Of a stretch of DNA of 64,000 nt, positions 23,744 through 32,444 are shown one piece after another. The DNA comes from an uncultured Verrucomicrobia subdivision 3 bacterium. GTDB lineage: Bacteria > Verrucomicrobiota > Verrucomicrobiia > Limisphaerales > UBA11358. Made by a program: the position numbers and the translations under genes. The stretch spans positions 93,173 to 157,172 of the forward strand of contig CAIOIC010000028.1 in the NCBI GenBank assembly GCA_903858275.1, read 5' to 3'. Every line of letters starts with the position of its first letter. Within the stretch, counting starts at the first letter, position 1. A model generated the notes under the pieces. The model worked only from the letters and a program-made list of their open reading frames with translations, searched no databases and was not told the origin of the DNA.

Positions 23744-25132
23744 ATGTTTCGCTCCATCGCCAGCACCCTCGGTAATTGCTTCAAGATTCCGGAATTAAAA
23801 TCCCGGATTTTGTTTACGCTGGGCTTGTTGGCGGTTGTCCGCTTGCTCTCGGTCATCCGCATTCCCGGTCTGAATGGCGCGGCGCTGACCGAATACTTTG
23901 CGAAGCAGCAGGGCGATGGCGGGTTGCTCGGCATGTATAACACCTTTGCCGGTGGCGCGTTTGAGCATTGCGCGATTGGTTCGCTGGGCATCATGCCCTA
24001 CATCAGCGCCACCATCATCATCCAGTTGCTTACGGCCGTTATTCCGCGTTTGAGCAAAATGGTTCGTGAAGAAGGCGGGCGCACGAAAATCATCCAATAC
24101 GGACGTTATCTCACGGTGCTGCTCTGCATCGGTCAGGGTGTTTATTTTGCCAACAATTGGGCGCATCCCGAAACCGTGTTTCAGGGTTTTCAAGGGAATC
24201 TGGTGTTGATCGAGAATCACTACTGGTATCTGACGCAGGCGGTGCTGGTGATGACGGCGGGTACGATGTTATTGATGTGGCTCGGTGAGCAAATCACTGA
24301 GCGCGGCATTGGCAATGGTGTTTCCCTGGTCATTACCATCGGCATTCTGGCGCGGTTGCCGCGCGCTGTGACCGCCTTGAAGGATATGTTTTTCCCCGCC
24401 GGCGGCTCGGAAATGCAGCAGTATCACTTTGCCGGTTCGGGCTTGATGCTGGTGTTGCTCCTGGTGCTGGTCATCGGCGGCGTCATCGCTATCACCCAGG
24501 CGCAGCGGAAAATTCCGGTCCAATATGCCCAGCGCGCGGTCGGCCGTAAAATGTATGCCGGCGGCACGTCCTTCATGCCGTTGCGCGTGAATTACGCGGG
24601 CGTCATGCCCATCATTTTTGCCCAGTCCATTTTGATGTTTCCCCAGCCGGTCTGCAGCTGGCTCGCGCAGCATTCGCCTGGATTCATGCGCGATCCGTTC
24701 CAGTGGCTGAATTTGCAGTTGGGTTACGGCTCGGGCATTTATCTCGCGATTTACTCGCTGATGATTTTGTTCTTCTCGTATTTCTGGGTGGCGACGCAGT
24801 TCAACGAAATCCAGATCGCCGACGATTTGAAGAAGAACGGCGGCTATATTCCCGGCGTGCGTCCGGGGCAGGGCACGAGCGACTATCTGCACAATGCCAT
24901 GAGCCGCATCACGCTGGCGGGGGCCATTTTCCTGACGGTCATCGCGACGATTCCGATCATCCTCGGTCGCCAGATGAATATTCCGCCGGATGTGGCGCAG
25001 TTTTTCGGCGGCACGAGTATTTTGATCGCGGTCGGCGTCTTGTTGGACACGATGCGCCAGGTGGAATCGCATCTGATGATGCGCCACTACGACGGCTTTT
25101 TGAAAAAAGGCAAGATTCGCGGCCGGTTCTAA
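23744..25132 (+). CDS. secY: Preprotein translocase subunit SecY
   Basis: 462 aa, 10-TM pattern, GIMPYISA.II.QLL, GNG.SL.I; operon position. Confidence 0.97.
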   Translation: MFRSIASTLGNCFKIPELKSRILFTLGLLAVVRLLSVIRIPGLNGAALTEYFAKQQGDGGLLGMYNTFAGGAFEHCAIGSLGIMPYISATIIIQLLTAVIPRLSKMVREEGGRTKIIQYGRYLTVLLCIGQGVYFANNWAHPETVFQGFQGNLVLIENHYWYLTQAVLVMTAGTMLLMWLGEQITERGIGNGVSLVITIGILARLPRAVTALKDMFFPAGGSEMQQYHFAGSGLMLVLLLVLVIGGVIAITQAQRKIPVQYAQRAVGRKMYAGGTSFMPLRVNYAGVMPIIFAQSILMFPQPVCSWLAQHSPGFMRDPFQWLNLQLGYGSGIYLAIYSLMILFFSYFWVATQFNEIQIADDLKKNGGYIPGVRPGQGTSDYLHNAMSRITLAGAIFLTVIATIPIILGRQMNIPPDVAQFFGGTSILIAVGVLLDTMRQVESHLMMRHYDGFLKKGKIRGRF

Positions 25133-25138
25133 GATTTT

Positions 25139-25921
25139 GTGGCCGGAATAAAGCTCAAGTCAGCGGACGATTTGCAGTTGATGCGTCCGGCCGGTTGGGT
25201 GGCGGGGAAAGTTTTGGACGAGATCGCGGCGTTCATTCAGCCCGGGCTCACCACCCGGCAGATTGATAATTTTGCGGCGGAGCGGATCAAGAGTTACGAC
25301 GCCAAGAGCGCCTTTCTCGGGTATCGGAAATTTCCGTGCCACACGTGTCTGTCGGTGAACGACGAAGTGGTTCACGGTATCGCGTCGGAGCGTGAGTTGA
25401 AATTTGGCGACATCGTCAGCGTGGATGTTGGCGTGTTGTATAAGGGTTTTATCGGTGATACGGCTCGGACGGTGGCGGTGGGCGGATGCGGCGTCGCCGC
25501 GCAGCGGTTGCTGGACGTGACGGAGCAGTCGCTCTATCTGGGCATCGCGCAGGCTCGGCCGGGAAAACGGGTGCTGGATATTTCGCTGGCGGTTCAGCGG
25601 TATGTCGAGGCGAACGGTTTTGGCGTGGTGCGCGAATTTGTCGGTCACGGGGTGGGCCGGTCGATGCACGAAGAGCCGCAGGTGCCGAATTTTGACGAGG
25701 GCAGGAAGAACTCGCCGAAGTTGAAGCCGGGCATGACGATTGCCATCGAGCCGATGGTGAATGTTGGCCGTGCGGACGTAAAAATCCTGAAAGACGGCTG
25801 GACAGTGGTGACGCAAGATGGTTCACTATCTGCCCATTTTGAGCATACCGTCCTCGTTACGGACGGCGAACCGGAGATTTTGACATGGGCGAAAGTGCCT
25901 TCCGCGTCGAAGCCCGCGTGA
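25139..25921 (+). CDS. map: Type I methionine aminopeptidase
   Basis: GTG start. CHGIP-like VVHGI, D.V..D.G....G..GD...T, HG.G...HE.P, and E.T blocks. Confidence 0.95.
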   Translation: MAGIKLKSADDLQLMRPAGWVAGKVLDEIAAFIQPGLTTRQIDNFAAERIKSYDAKSAFLGYRKFPCHTCLSVNDEVVHGIASERELKFGDIVSVDVGVLYKGFIGDTARTVAVGGCGVAAQRLLDVTEQSLYLGIAQARPGKRVLDISLAVQRYVEANGFGVVREFVGHGVGRSMHEEPQVPNFDEGRKNSPKLKPGMTIAIEPMVNVGRADVKILKDGWTVVTQDGSLSAHFEHTVLVTDGEPEILTWAKVPSASKPA

Positions 25922-26106
25922 TCGCAGCGCTGCCCAATGGCACGTTTTGCGCGGAACTGGGCAACGGTCATCGCCTGACGGCGTTTGTGGCTGGGCGGGA
26001 CCAGAAGATTTTTGCCGGCGCGAATGCCGGTGACATAGTAAAGTTGCAATTGACGCCTTACGACTTGAGCGTGGGGCGTATTTTAGTCGAAACCAAAAAG
26101 ATTTAA
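25885..26106 (+). CDS. infA: Translation initiation factor IF-1 (divergent)
   Basis: 73 aa with the S1-fold pattern ...[15 protein letters not shown]...GD.V...L.PYDLS.GRI. Overlaps the map 3' end by 37 nt. Confidence 0.85.
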   Translation: MGESAFRVEARVIAALPNGTFCAELGNGHRLTAFVAGRDQKIFAGANAGDIVKLQLTPYDLSVGRILVETKKI

Positions 26107-26108
26107 GC

Positions 26109-26222
26109 ATGAAAGTCCGAGCGTCAGTAAAAAAAATGTGTGAGCACTGTAAAATCGTGAAGCGTCGCGGAGTCATCCGCGTCCTTTGCACGAACAAACG
26201 CCACAAGCAACGTCAAGGTTAA
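26109..26222 (+). CDS. rpmJ: 50S ribosomal protein L36
   Basis: Hand translation gives [37 protein letters not shown] (37 aa). It is below the ORF-track length cutoff. Canonical L36 sequence and position. Confidence 0.95.
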   Translation: MKVRASVKKMCEHCKIVKRRGVIRVLCTNKRHKQRQG

Positions 26223-26232
26223 TTAAAAATTT

Positions 26233-26628
26233 ATGGCACGCATCATTGGTGTAGAAATCCCCCCGGGCAAGCGCATTGATATCGCGCTCCGTTACATTTA
26301 CGGCATCGGCCCCGTCAACGCGAAGGAAGTTCTCGAGCGCGCGAACATCGATCCCTCCATCCGCGCGAAGGATTTGACTGAGGCGCAGCTCTCCCAGATC
26401 GTTCACGCGATTCAGGAAGGCAAGTATGTCATCGAAGGCGACCTGCGCCGCGAGCTTGGCATGAATCTCAAGCGTCTGCAGGGCATCCGCTGCTACCGTG
26501 GCGTCCGCCACCAGCGCAGCCTGCCGGTGCGCGGTCAGCGCACGCAGACCAACGCCCGCACGCGCAAAGGTCCGCGCAAGACGGTCGGCGTGCAGCGCAA
26601 TCCCAGTGCCAAAGCCGGTATCCATTAA
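26233..26628 (+). CDS. rpsM: 30S ribosomal protein S13
   Basis: MARIIGV.IP..K....AL..IYGIG. Confidence 0.97.
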   Translation: MARIIGVEIPPGKRIDIALRYIYGIGPVNAKEVLERANIDPSIRAKDLTEAQLSQIVHAIQEGKYVIEGDLRRELGMNLKRLQGIRCYRGVRHQRSLPVRGQRTQTNARTRKGPRKTVGVQRNPSAKAGIH

Positions 26629-26643
26629 TAACTGAATTTCATT

Positions 26644-27231
26644 ATGTCCGAAGAAAAGAAAAAACCTGCCGCGCCGAAAAAAGAAAAAATCGTGAAGGCT
26701 GATGCCGCCGCGGCCCCCGCCGCGCCCGCGGCCGAAGCCAAGCCGGCCAAGAAGGAAAAAATTGCGGCTCCGGCTGCCGACGCCGCTCCGGCTGAACCGG
26801 TCGTCATGGCCGCGCCGACCGCCGCCGAATTGCTCGGCGAAGATCCGAATGCCAAGAAGGTCGTCAAGGCCAAGCATGCCAAGAACATCGTTTCCGGCAT
26901 CGCGAACATTCTCGCTACGTTCAACAACACGCAGGTCACCATCACCGACGCGCAGGGTAACCTCATCGGCTGGTCCACGGCTGGCCGCGTCGGGTTCAAG
27001 GGTTCGCGCAAGAGCACCGCTTACGCTGCGCAGATGGTCGCCCAGGATGCCGCCCGCCAGGCGATGGCCCACGGCATGAAGGAAGTTGAAATCCGCGTCA
27101 AGGGTCCCGGCTCCGGCCGTGAATCCGCCATCCGCGCCTTGCAGGCCATTGGCCTGGAGATCAGCACCATCAAAGACGTCACGCCGGTGCCGCACAACGG
27201 CTGCCGCCCGCGCAAAAAACGCCGCGTGTAA
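26644..27231 (+). CDS. rpsK: 30S ribosomal protein S11 with an Ala/Pro/Lys-rich N-terminal extension of about 65 aa
   Basis: The core from [22 protein letters not shown] to CRPRKKRRV is canonical. The N-terminal [10 protein letters not shown]...[17 protein letters not shown] segment is extra. Confidence 0.95.
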   Translation: MSEEKKKPAAPKKEKIVKADAAAAPAAPAAEAKPAKKEKIAAPAADAAPAEPVVMAAPTAAELLGEDPNAKKVVKAKHAKNIVSGIANILATFNNTQVTITDAQGNLIGWSTAGRVGFKGSRKSTAYAAQMVAQDAARQAMAHGMKEVEIRVKGPGSGRESAIRALQAIGLEISTIKDVTPVPHNGCRPRKKRRV

Positions 27232-27264
27232 TTCAACTCAATTTCAAATTTGAAATAAATATTT

Positions 27265-27873
27265 ATGGCTCGTTACACAGGTCCCCGCGTCCGCATCAGC
27301 CGCCGTTTCGGTATTCCGATTTTCGGCCCCACGAAATATCTCGAACGCCGCAACTACGGTCCCGGCGTCCACGGCCCGAAGTCGCGCCGCAAGACCACCG
27401 AATACGGTGAAGGCTTGATCGAGAAGCAGAAGCTCCGTTATTACTACGGGCTGATGGAGAAGCAGTTTCGTGGCGTCTATGAAAAGGCGAAAAACCGCCG
27501 TGGCGTCACCGGCGAAACGATGCTGCAGATTCTCGAGACCCGCTTGGACAACGTTGTTTTCCACCTCGGTTTCGGCAACACCCGCGCCGCCGCCCGCCAG
27601 ATGGTCAATCACGGGCACATCCAGGTTAACGGTCGCAAGGCCGCTATTGCCTCGTTCGCGCTCAAGGTGAACGACGTCGTCAGCGTCAAGAATCACAACG
27701 TCTCGAAGCAGCTGGCCACGAAGGGCCTGGAAGTTTCCGCCAGCCGCTCCGTGCCGGATTGGTTGTCCTTGAACAAGGAAGAGCTCAAGGGGGTCGTGAT
27801 GCGCATTCCGACGCGCGACGAGATCCAGCCCATTGCCAATGAGCAGGCCGTTGTCGAATTTTATTCCCGCTAA
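27265..27873 (+). CDS. rpsD: 30S ribosomal protein S4
   Basis: MARYTGP..R.SRR.G. Confidence 0.97.
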   Translation: MARYTGPRVRISRRFGIPIFGPTKYLERRNYGPGVHGPKSRRKTTEYGEGLIEKQKLRYYYGLMEKQFRGVYEKAKNRRGVTGETMLQILETRLDNVVFHLGFGNTRAAARQMVNHGHIQVNGRKAAIASFALKVNDVVSVKNHNVSKQLATKGLEVSASRSVPDWLSLNKEELKGVVMRIPTRDEIQPIANEQAVVEFYSR

Positions 27874-27963
27874 CCCGTAAACCAAAAAGACAATTACACG
27901 GGCGGTTCCGGCCGGGAATAAATTGTGCCGGACTCGCCAGATTAAAATTGTCGAAAGGAAAAT

Positions 27964-28977
27964 ATGCCAGTTCGTTTAGGTCGTTTTGAAATGCCCAAGC
28001 GGTTGCAGAAGGATGATGCTTCCGCCACCGAAAACTACGCCAAGTTCGTTGCCGACCCGTTTGAAACCGGTTACGGCCACACCATTGGCAACTCCCTCCG
28101 CCGCGTGCTGCTGTCCTCGCTCGAAGGCGCGGCCATCACCTCGTTGAAGGTGGACGGCGCGATGCATGAATTTGCCACGATTGACGGCGTCGCCGAAGAC
28201 GTGACGGATATCGTCTTGAACCTGAAGAAGGTCAAATTTAAAGCCCACACCCGCGACGAGCAGACACTGTTGCTTTCGGTGAACAAGGAGGGCAATGTCA
28301 CCGCCGCCGATATCCAGACCAACCAGAATATCGAGCTGGTGAATCCGGCCCAGCATATTTGCACGCTGGACAAGAAGAAGAAATTTGAGATGGAACTGAC
28401 AGTCAAGGTGGGCCGCGGTTTTTGCCCGAGCGACGAAAATAAGAAGCCCGGCCAGGCGATTGGCGTCGTGGCGATTGATTCCATTTTCTCGCCGGTGACC
28501 CGTGTGCGCTATGCGGTCGAGGCCGCGCGCGTCGGCAACCGCACCGATTATGACCGTCTGGTGCTGGAAGTTTGGACCGACGGACGCATCACGCCCGACG
28601 ACGCGTTGACCCAGGCGTCGGCGATCCTCGCGCATCACCTCGACGTGTTTGTCGGCTACGACAAGAACGCGGTGGAATTTGAAGAAGCCGCCGACAAGCA
28701 GGATGACGAGAAGGCCAAGCTCAAGAAATTGTTGAACATGAGCGTCAACGAGATTGAGCTGTCTGTCCGCGCCGCCAACTGCCTGAACAATGCGAACATC
28801 ACCACCGTTGGCCAGCTCGCGCTGAAGACCGAGCAGGAGATGCTCAAGTATCGCAACTTCGGCAAGAAATCGCTGAACGAAATCAAAGACAAACTGACGT
28901 CGCTCAACCTCTCCCTCGGCATGAATTTCGAGCCGGGACTGGTGGACGCGCCGAAGGAAGAAGTCAAAGCCAGCTAA
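27964..28977 (+). CDS. rpoA: DNA-directed RNA polymerase subunit alpha
   Basis: 337 aa, GHT.GN.LRR.LLSS..G.A, C-terminal domain ELSVRAANCL...I.T.G.L. Confidence 0.97.
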   Translation: MPVRLGRFEMPKRLQKDDASATENYAKFVADPFETGYGHTIGNSLRRVLLSSLEGAAITSLKVDGAMHEFATIDGVAEDVTDIVLNLKKVKFKAHTRDEQTLLLSVNKEGNVTAADIQTNQNIELVNPAQHICTLDKKKKFEMELTVKVGRGFCPSDENKKPGQAIGVVAIDSIFSPVTRVRYAVEAARVGNRTDYDRLVLEVWTDGRITPDDALTQASAILAHHLDVFVGYDKNAVEFEEAADKQDDEKAKLKKLLNMSVNEIELSVRAANCLNNANITTVGQLALKTEQEMLKYRNFGKKSLNEIKDKLTSLNLSLGMNFEPGLVDAPKEEVKAS

Positions 28978-28986
28978 GGAATTCCC

Positions 28987-29400
28987 ATGAGACATTTGAA
29001 GCGCACGGCCAAACTGGGCCGCACCTCGGAACATCGCAACGCGATGCTCGCAAACTTGGTTTGCAGCTTGATCGAACACAAGCGCGTGACGACCTCTTTG
29101 GCCAAGGCCAAGGCGGCCCGTTCCGTCGCGGAAAAGATGGTCACGCTCGGCAAGAAGGGCACGATTGCCCATCGCCGCCTGGCGGTTGCCCGGCTGCATC
29201 AGGAATCCGCCGCCAAGATTCTATTCAAGGAAATCGCGCCGGCATTCAAGGATCGCCGCAGCGGTTACACCCGCATCATCAAGCTTGGCCAGCGCCAGGG
29301 CGACGCCGCCCAGCTCGCCATTCTGGAATGGGTGGACACCGTGGTTCCCGCCGCGCCCGCTGCTCCGGCGGCCGAAGCCAAGCCGGAAGAGAAGAAGTAA
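28987..29400 (+). CDS. rplQ: 50S ribosomal protein L17 with a short Ala/Pro/Lys-rich C-terminal tail
   Basis: MRHLKRTAKLGRTSEHR.AML.NL. The tail reads [17 protein letters not shown]. Confidence 0.96.
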   Translation: MRHLKRTAKLGRTSEHRNAMLANLVCSLIEHKRVTTSLAKAKAARSVAEKMVTLGKKGTIAHRRLAVARLHQESAAKILFKEIAPAFKDRRSGYTRIIKLGQRQGDAAQLAILEWVDTVVPAAPAAPAAEAKPEEKK

Positions 29401-29416
29401 TTTAAGTTGAAACCTC

Positions 29417-29448
29417 AAGCCCGCTCGCCAGAGCGGGCTTTTTTGTTT
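29417..29448 (+). terminator. Rho-independent terminator of the alpha operon
   Basis: Stem AAGCCCGCTC (29417-29426) / GAGCGGGCTT (29431-29440), loop GCCA, followed by TTTTTGTTTT. Confidence 0.85.
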
Positions 29449-30147
29449 TAGAAAACTGTGTAGCCCAGCATACGGTTAGGCTGCAGTATTTGCAGCTTCA
29501 CTCCCAAAAGCAAACTGTGGGACCAGTTCCACGAGGTCGCGCGGTTCAGCCTCTGTCCCCCCGCACTGAGGGAAAATTTGGGGAATGGGTGGTGCGGTTT
29601 TTAAAAGCCGGAGAAACCCTGAAAGGATTGATCTCATCCAGCCCAAGGTTGGCCGCGCAGCGGATTACCCTGGGAAACCGGCCCCGCCCGTTCATCAACT
29701 CTCAAAGAGTTGTATCCAACAGCGAAATTGTCATCCTCGCGCCCTGCCTCAATCCCTCCCTCATCACCTTTCGCCTCGGCGCTCGGCTTCAGGATGATTT
29801 CACTGGACATATATGTACTTACAGTATACTATACATATCATTCGGCAGGCTTGGCCTTGGGGGGGGGCTGCCGCCGGACGATGGTGTCTCTGACACTGCC
29901 TTGCCGGTGGCGGGTGCGGTTTTCCATGCGGCGTGCGTGGCCGTTCTTTGACGTCTGGATTTTGTCCATCAGCCCGTTCTGGGTTGCCCGGGTGGAGTTT
30001 GCCCCCTTCGCCCGGCAACCTGGCAACCGCTGGTTGCTTTGCCGCAAAAAAACGCAGCGGCGCAAAGAAATTGCCGCTGACGCGGTTTCATGTTGAACCA
30101 AGTCTCCAAACGCAATCCAGCCGGTTAATTTTTGTGCCTTTTGCGCC

Positions 30148-30237
30148 TCTTGGCGTTCCTGGCGCCTTGGCGGTTTAAACTCAAATTCCGGTCGCAGGTT
30201 TATTTCGTGTAATCCGTGTATTTCGTGGTGAAAATTG
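30148..30237 (+). repeat. REP-like direct repeat, copy A (about 90 nt)
   Basis: TCTTGGCGTTCCTGGCGCCTTGGCGGTTTAAACTCA...GCAGGTTTATTTCGTGT...GTATTTCGTGGTGAAAATTG is nearly identical to copy B. Confidence 0.85.
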
Positions 30238-30403
30238 GTTTTTGCTTTGCCTTTGTCACCTTGGTGCAAAAACCCCCGGTTTTAAAAAGAGGGTGACAAA
30301 AAGGGCCAAAAGGCGCCCAAAAGTGCCACCTGACCTCCGCCCGATGAATATTTCCGCCCTTGGCGTCTTGGCGTGAGCTAGATTTCCAGTCTCGGGTCTC
30401 CGG

Positions 30404-30490
30404 TCTTGGCGTTCCTGGCGCCTTGGCGGTTTAAACTCAGCTTCCGATCGCAGGTTTATTTCGTGTGCCTGTATTTCGTGGTTGAAATTG
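30404..30490 (+). repeat. REP-like direct repeat, copy B (about 87 nt)
   Basis: Same sequence family as 30148-30237, with a 36-nt identical core TCTTGGCGTTCCTGGCGCCTTGGCGGTTTAAACTCA. Confidence 0.85.
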
Positions 30491-30522
30491 TGTTTCCGGT
30501 CGCGCCCCGCCGGAGCACTCCG

Positions 30523-32262
30523 TTACCGCTGCGGGCTCCGGCTTAACGGTTCGGCGTGCAAGCGCGCCAGTTGGTCCTGTTTCCATTCCGGGCGATTGCG
30601 CGGCACTCCCGCTGGGGCGTAGACCAGTTGCACATTGGCGTCCAACAGCAGCTTTTGCACTTGGAACGGGTCAACGGCCCGCGGCTGGATTTTGTTTTTT
30701 ATCGCCAGCGCGGCAATCACGCCGACGGCCTGGCCGTTCAGCATGGTGCTGGGTTGCAACCGGGTTGCGCCATTAGCCCGGCGTGATTGGGAAATATTTT
30801 TTTCGGCGGCAAGAAAACCGTCAAGGGATTCAGGGATGAAAGCCGGGAAGGGCAGTTGGAACGGTCCGGCACGCTTGCTATAAGGAAGTTTCGTCGTATT
30901 GGTCGAAACGGTTTCCAGACTAGCTTCCATGTCTCTTGGCGATCTGGCTCCATGGAAATCTTCGGAATAATCGTTCACCGCGATGGCGTCGGCAAAAAAC
31001 TTCGGTCCCTCGGCGCGGCTGATGTCGCTGCCCGTTAGGGTTTGAACGCCAATCATGCGGCGGCTTTCCCGGACGTAGGCGATGGGTGGCATGAGTTGCA
31101 AGAGGCGCTCGTAAGGTTTCAAAGACGGTCTTTCGCTGACAATGCGGGCGATTTGGTCGCGGTTATAGGGGGAATCGTAGCCTTCATCGTTCGCCACCGA
31201 CCAGGACAGTTTCAACTCGTGCTGCACATGATAGAGAAGCTGGAGCGTCACCAGTCGCATTTCGATTTCCTTGGTCCACCGCTGGGCCGGATCCACCAGG
31301 TCGCCGACGGTCATGCTCATGTCATTTTGGGGGATGTTCAGGTGCGTGCGCGTCGGGTTGTAATACGGCGCTGTATCTTTGCGCGAGGAATCAGGCATGC
31401 CGCGATACCAGGTCACTGTCCGCCAGGAAGTTTTTTCACCATAGAGATCGTCAAATCCCGGCTTCTGCTTGCTGTCGTCAGTCGCTTGAATGCGGTCAAA
31501 ATGTTTTTTTAATCTCGTCTCAGCATAACCGGGTGGCGGCGCGGTGATCTGCAATTCGGCGGGAATGCCGGCGGGATACTCTTTGATCACCGCCGTCCAG
31601 GTGTTGTCTTGAATGCGGGCTTTGAGGTCAATATTGTCGCTGGTGCTTTTGCCGATGCGATAACGCGCACCGGTCAGAGGCAGAACGTCGCCATATTCGG
31701 TGGCATCCACCAGGATGGCGCATTCGACGTGGTTGGTGACCGGGCCATTTGGCCGCACGCTTTCAACCTCCGCGCCCTGCACCAGATTGCCATTGCGGAA
31801 CACCTTCACGACATGCGACCGCAGGGAAACTTCAATATGCCCCGGCCCTTTTTGATTCACCTCCCGGATGAAGTCATACAGGATTTTTTGGGCGATTCTG
31901 GGTTCGACGGCGCACGAATTACTTTTGTAGTAGCAGGTGCCGACGGATTTTCCGAGTTTCTGATAAGTCTCCACGGCGCGCTCATAAAATTCGTGGTAAA
32001 TCCCTTGTTGGCGGATGATGGGGCCTTCATCCATTGAGGTCACACCGGCCGCATTCATCTGGCCGCCGATCCAATCCGTCTCATCCATCAGCAATACCGA
32101 ACATCCCAGGCGCGCCGCCTGCATGGCCGTTCCCCAGCCACCCGTGCCGGCCCCGGCAACGAGGAGGTCGCACTTGGCCGGCAATGGTTCCGCTTGGATT
32201 AATGCTGGAACGAAAACTGCCACCATTGTCATTAAGCGAATGGTTGATATTAGTGTTTTCAT
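30523..32262 (-). CDS. Secreted FAD-dependent oxidoreductase
   Basis: 579 aa. Signal peptide, then the dinucleotide-binding motif DLLVAGAGTGGWGTAMQAARLG. Confidence 0.75.
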   Translation of the reverse strand: MKTLISTIRLMTMVAVFVPALIQAEPLPAKCDLLVAGAGTGGWGTAMQAARLGCSVLLMDETDWIGGQMNAAGVTSMDEGPIIRQQGIYHEFYERAVETYQKLGKSVGTCYYKSNSCAVEPRIAQKILYDFIREVNQKGPGHIEVSLRSHVVKVFRNGNLVQGAEVESVRPNGPVTNHVECAILVDATEYGDVLPLTGARYRIGKSTSDNIDLKARIQDNTWTAVIKEYPAGIPAELQITAPPPGYAETRLKKHFDRIQATDDSKQKPGFDDLYGEKTSWRTVTWYRGMPDSSRKDTAPYYNPTRTHLNIPQNDMSMTVGDLVDPAQRWTKEIEMRLVTLQLLYHVQHELKLSWSVANDEGYDSPYNRDQIARIVSERPSLKPYERLLQLMPPIAYVRESRRMIGVQTLTGSDISRAEGPKFFADAIAVNDYSEDFHGARSPRDMEASLETVSTNTTKLPYSKRAGPFQLPFPAFIPESLDGFLAAEKNISQSRRANGATRLQPSTMLNGQAVGVIAALAIKNKIQPRAVDPFQVQKLLLDANVQLVYAPAGVPRNRPEWKQDQLARLHAEPLSRSPQR

Positions 32263-32444
32263 GGTGCAAGCGTCCGACTATGTATCGCGGTTGGGTGTTT
32301 TGTTGGTCAGGCTAGTTCAGAGTTTAAGCTATTGCCGTTTGGCTTGTAAACAATGGTGGGCATAATCCGTTTTCCTTATTTCGCGCAGCCAGAAACTATT
32401 GGGGCAAGCAAAGCGCGTTCGCTTTTCTTCACCTTGCTTAGAAA

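Noticed and set aside
26173-29199. Long minus-strand ORFs 26173-27195 (340 aa) and 27976-29199 (407 aa)
   Set aside because: They are antisense to rpsM/rpsK and to rpoA/rplQ respectively, and are typical GC-rich shadows.
29811-29838. AT-rich 28-bp palindrome as a chromosomal dif (XerCD) site
   Set aside because: The length fits, but neither arm resembles the conserved XerD-arm TTATGTTAAAT as I recall it. The location, directly after a ribosomal operon, gives no terminus evidence.
30148-30490. Possible CRISPR array from the repeated 88-nt modules
   Set aside because: There are only two copies. The repeats are far longer than CRISPR repeats, the spacing is about 166 nt, there are no cas genes, and partial copies are dispersed elsewhere as a REP-like family.
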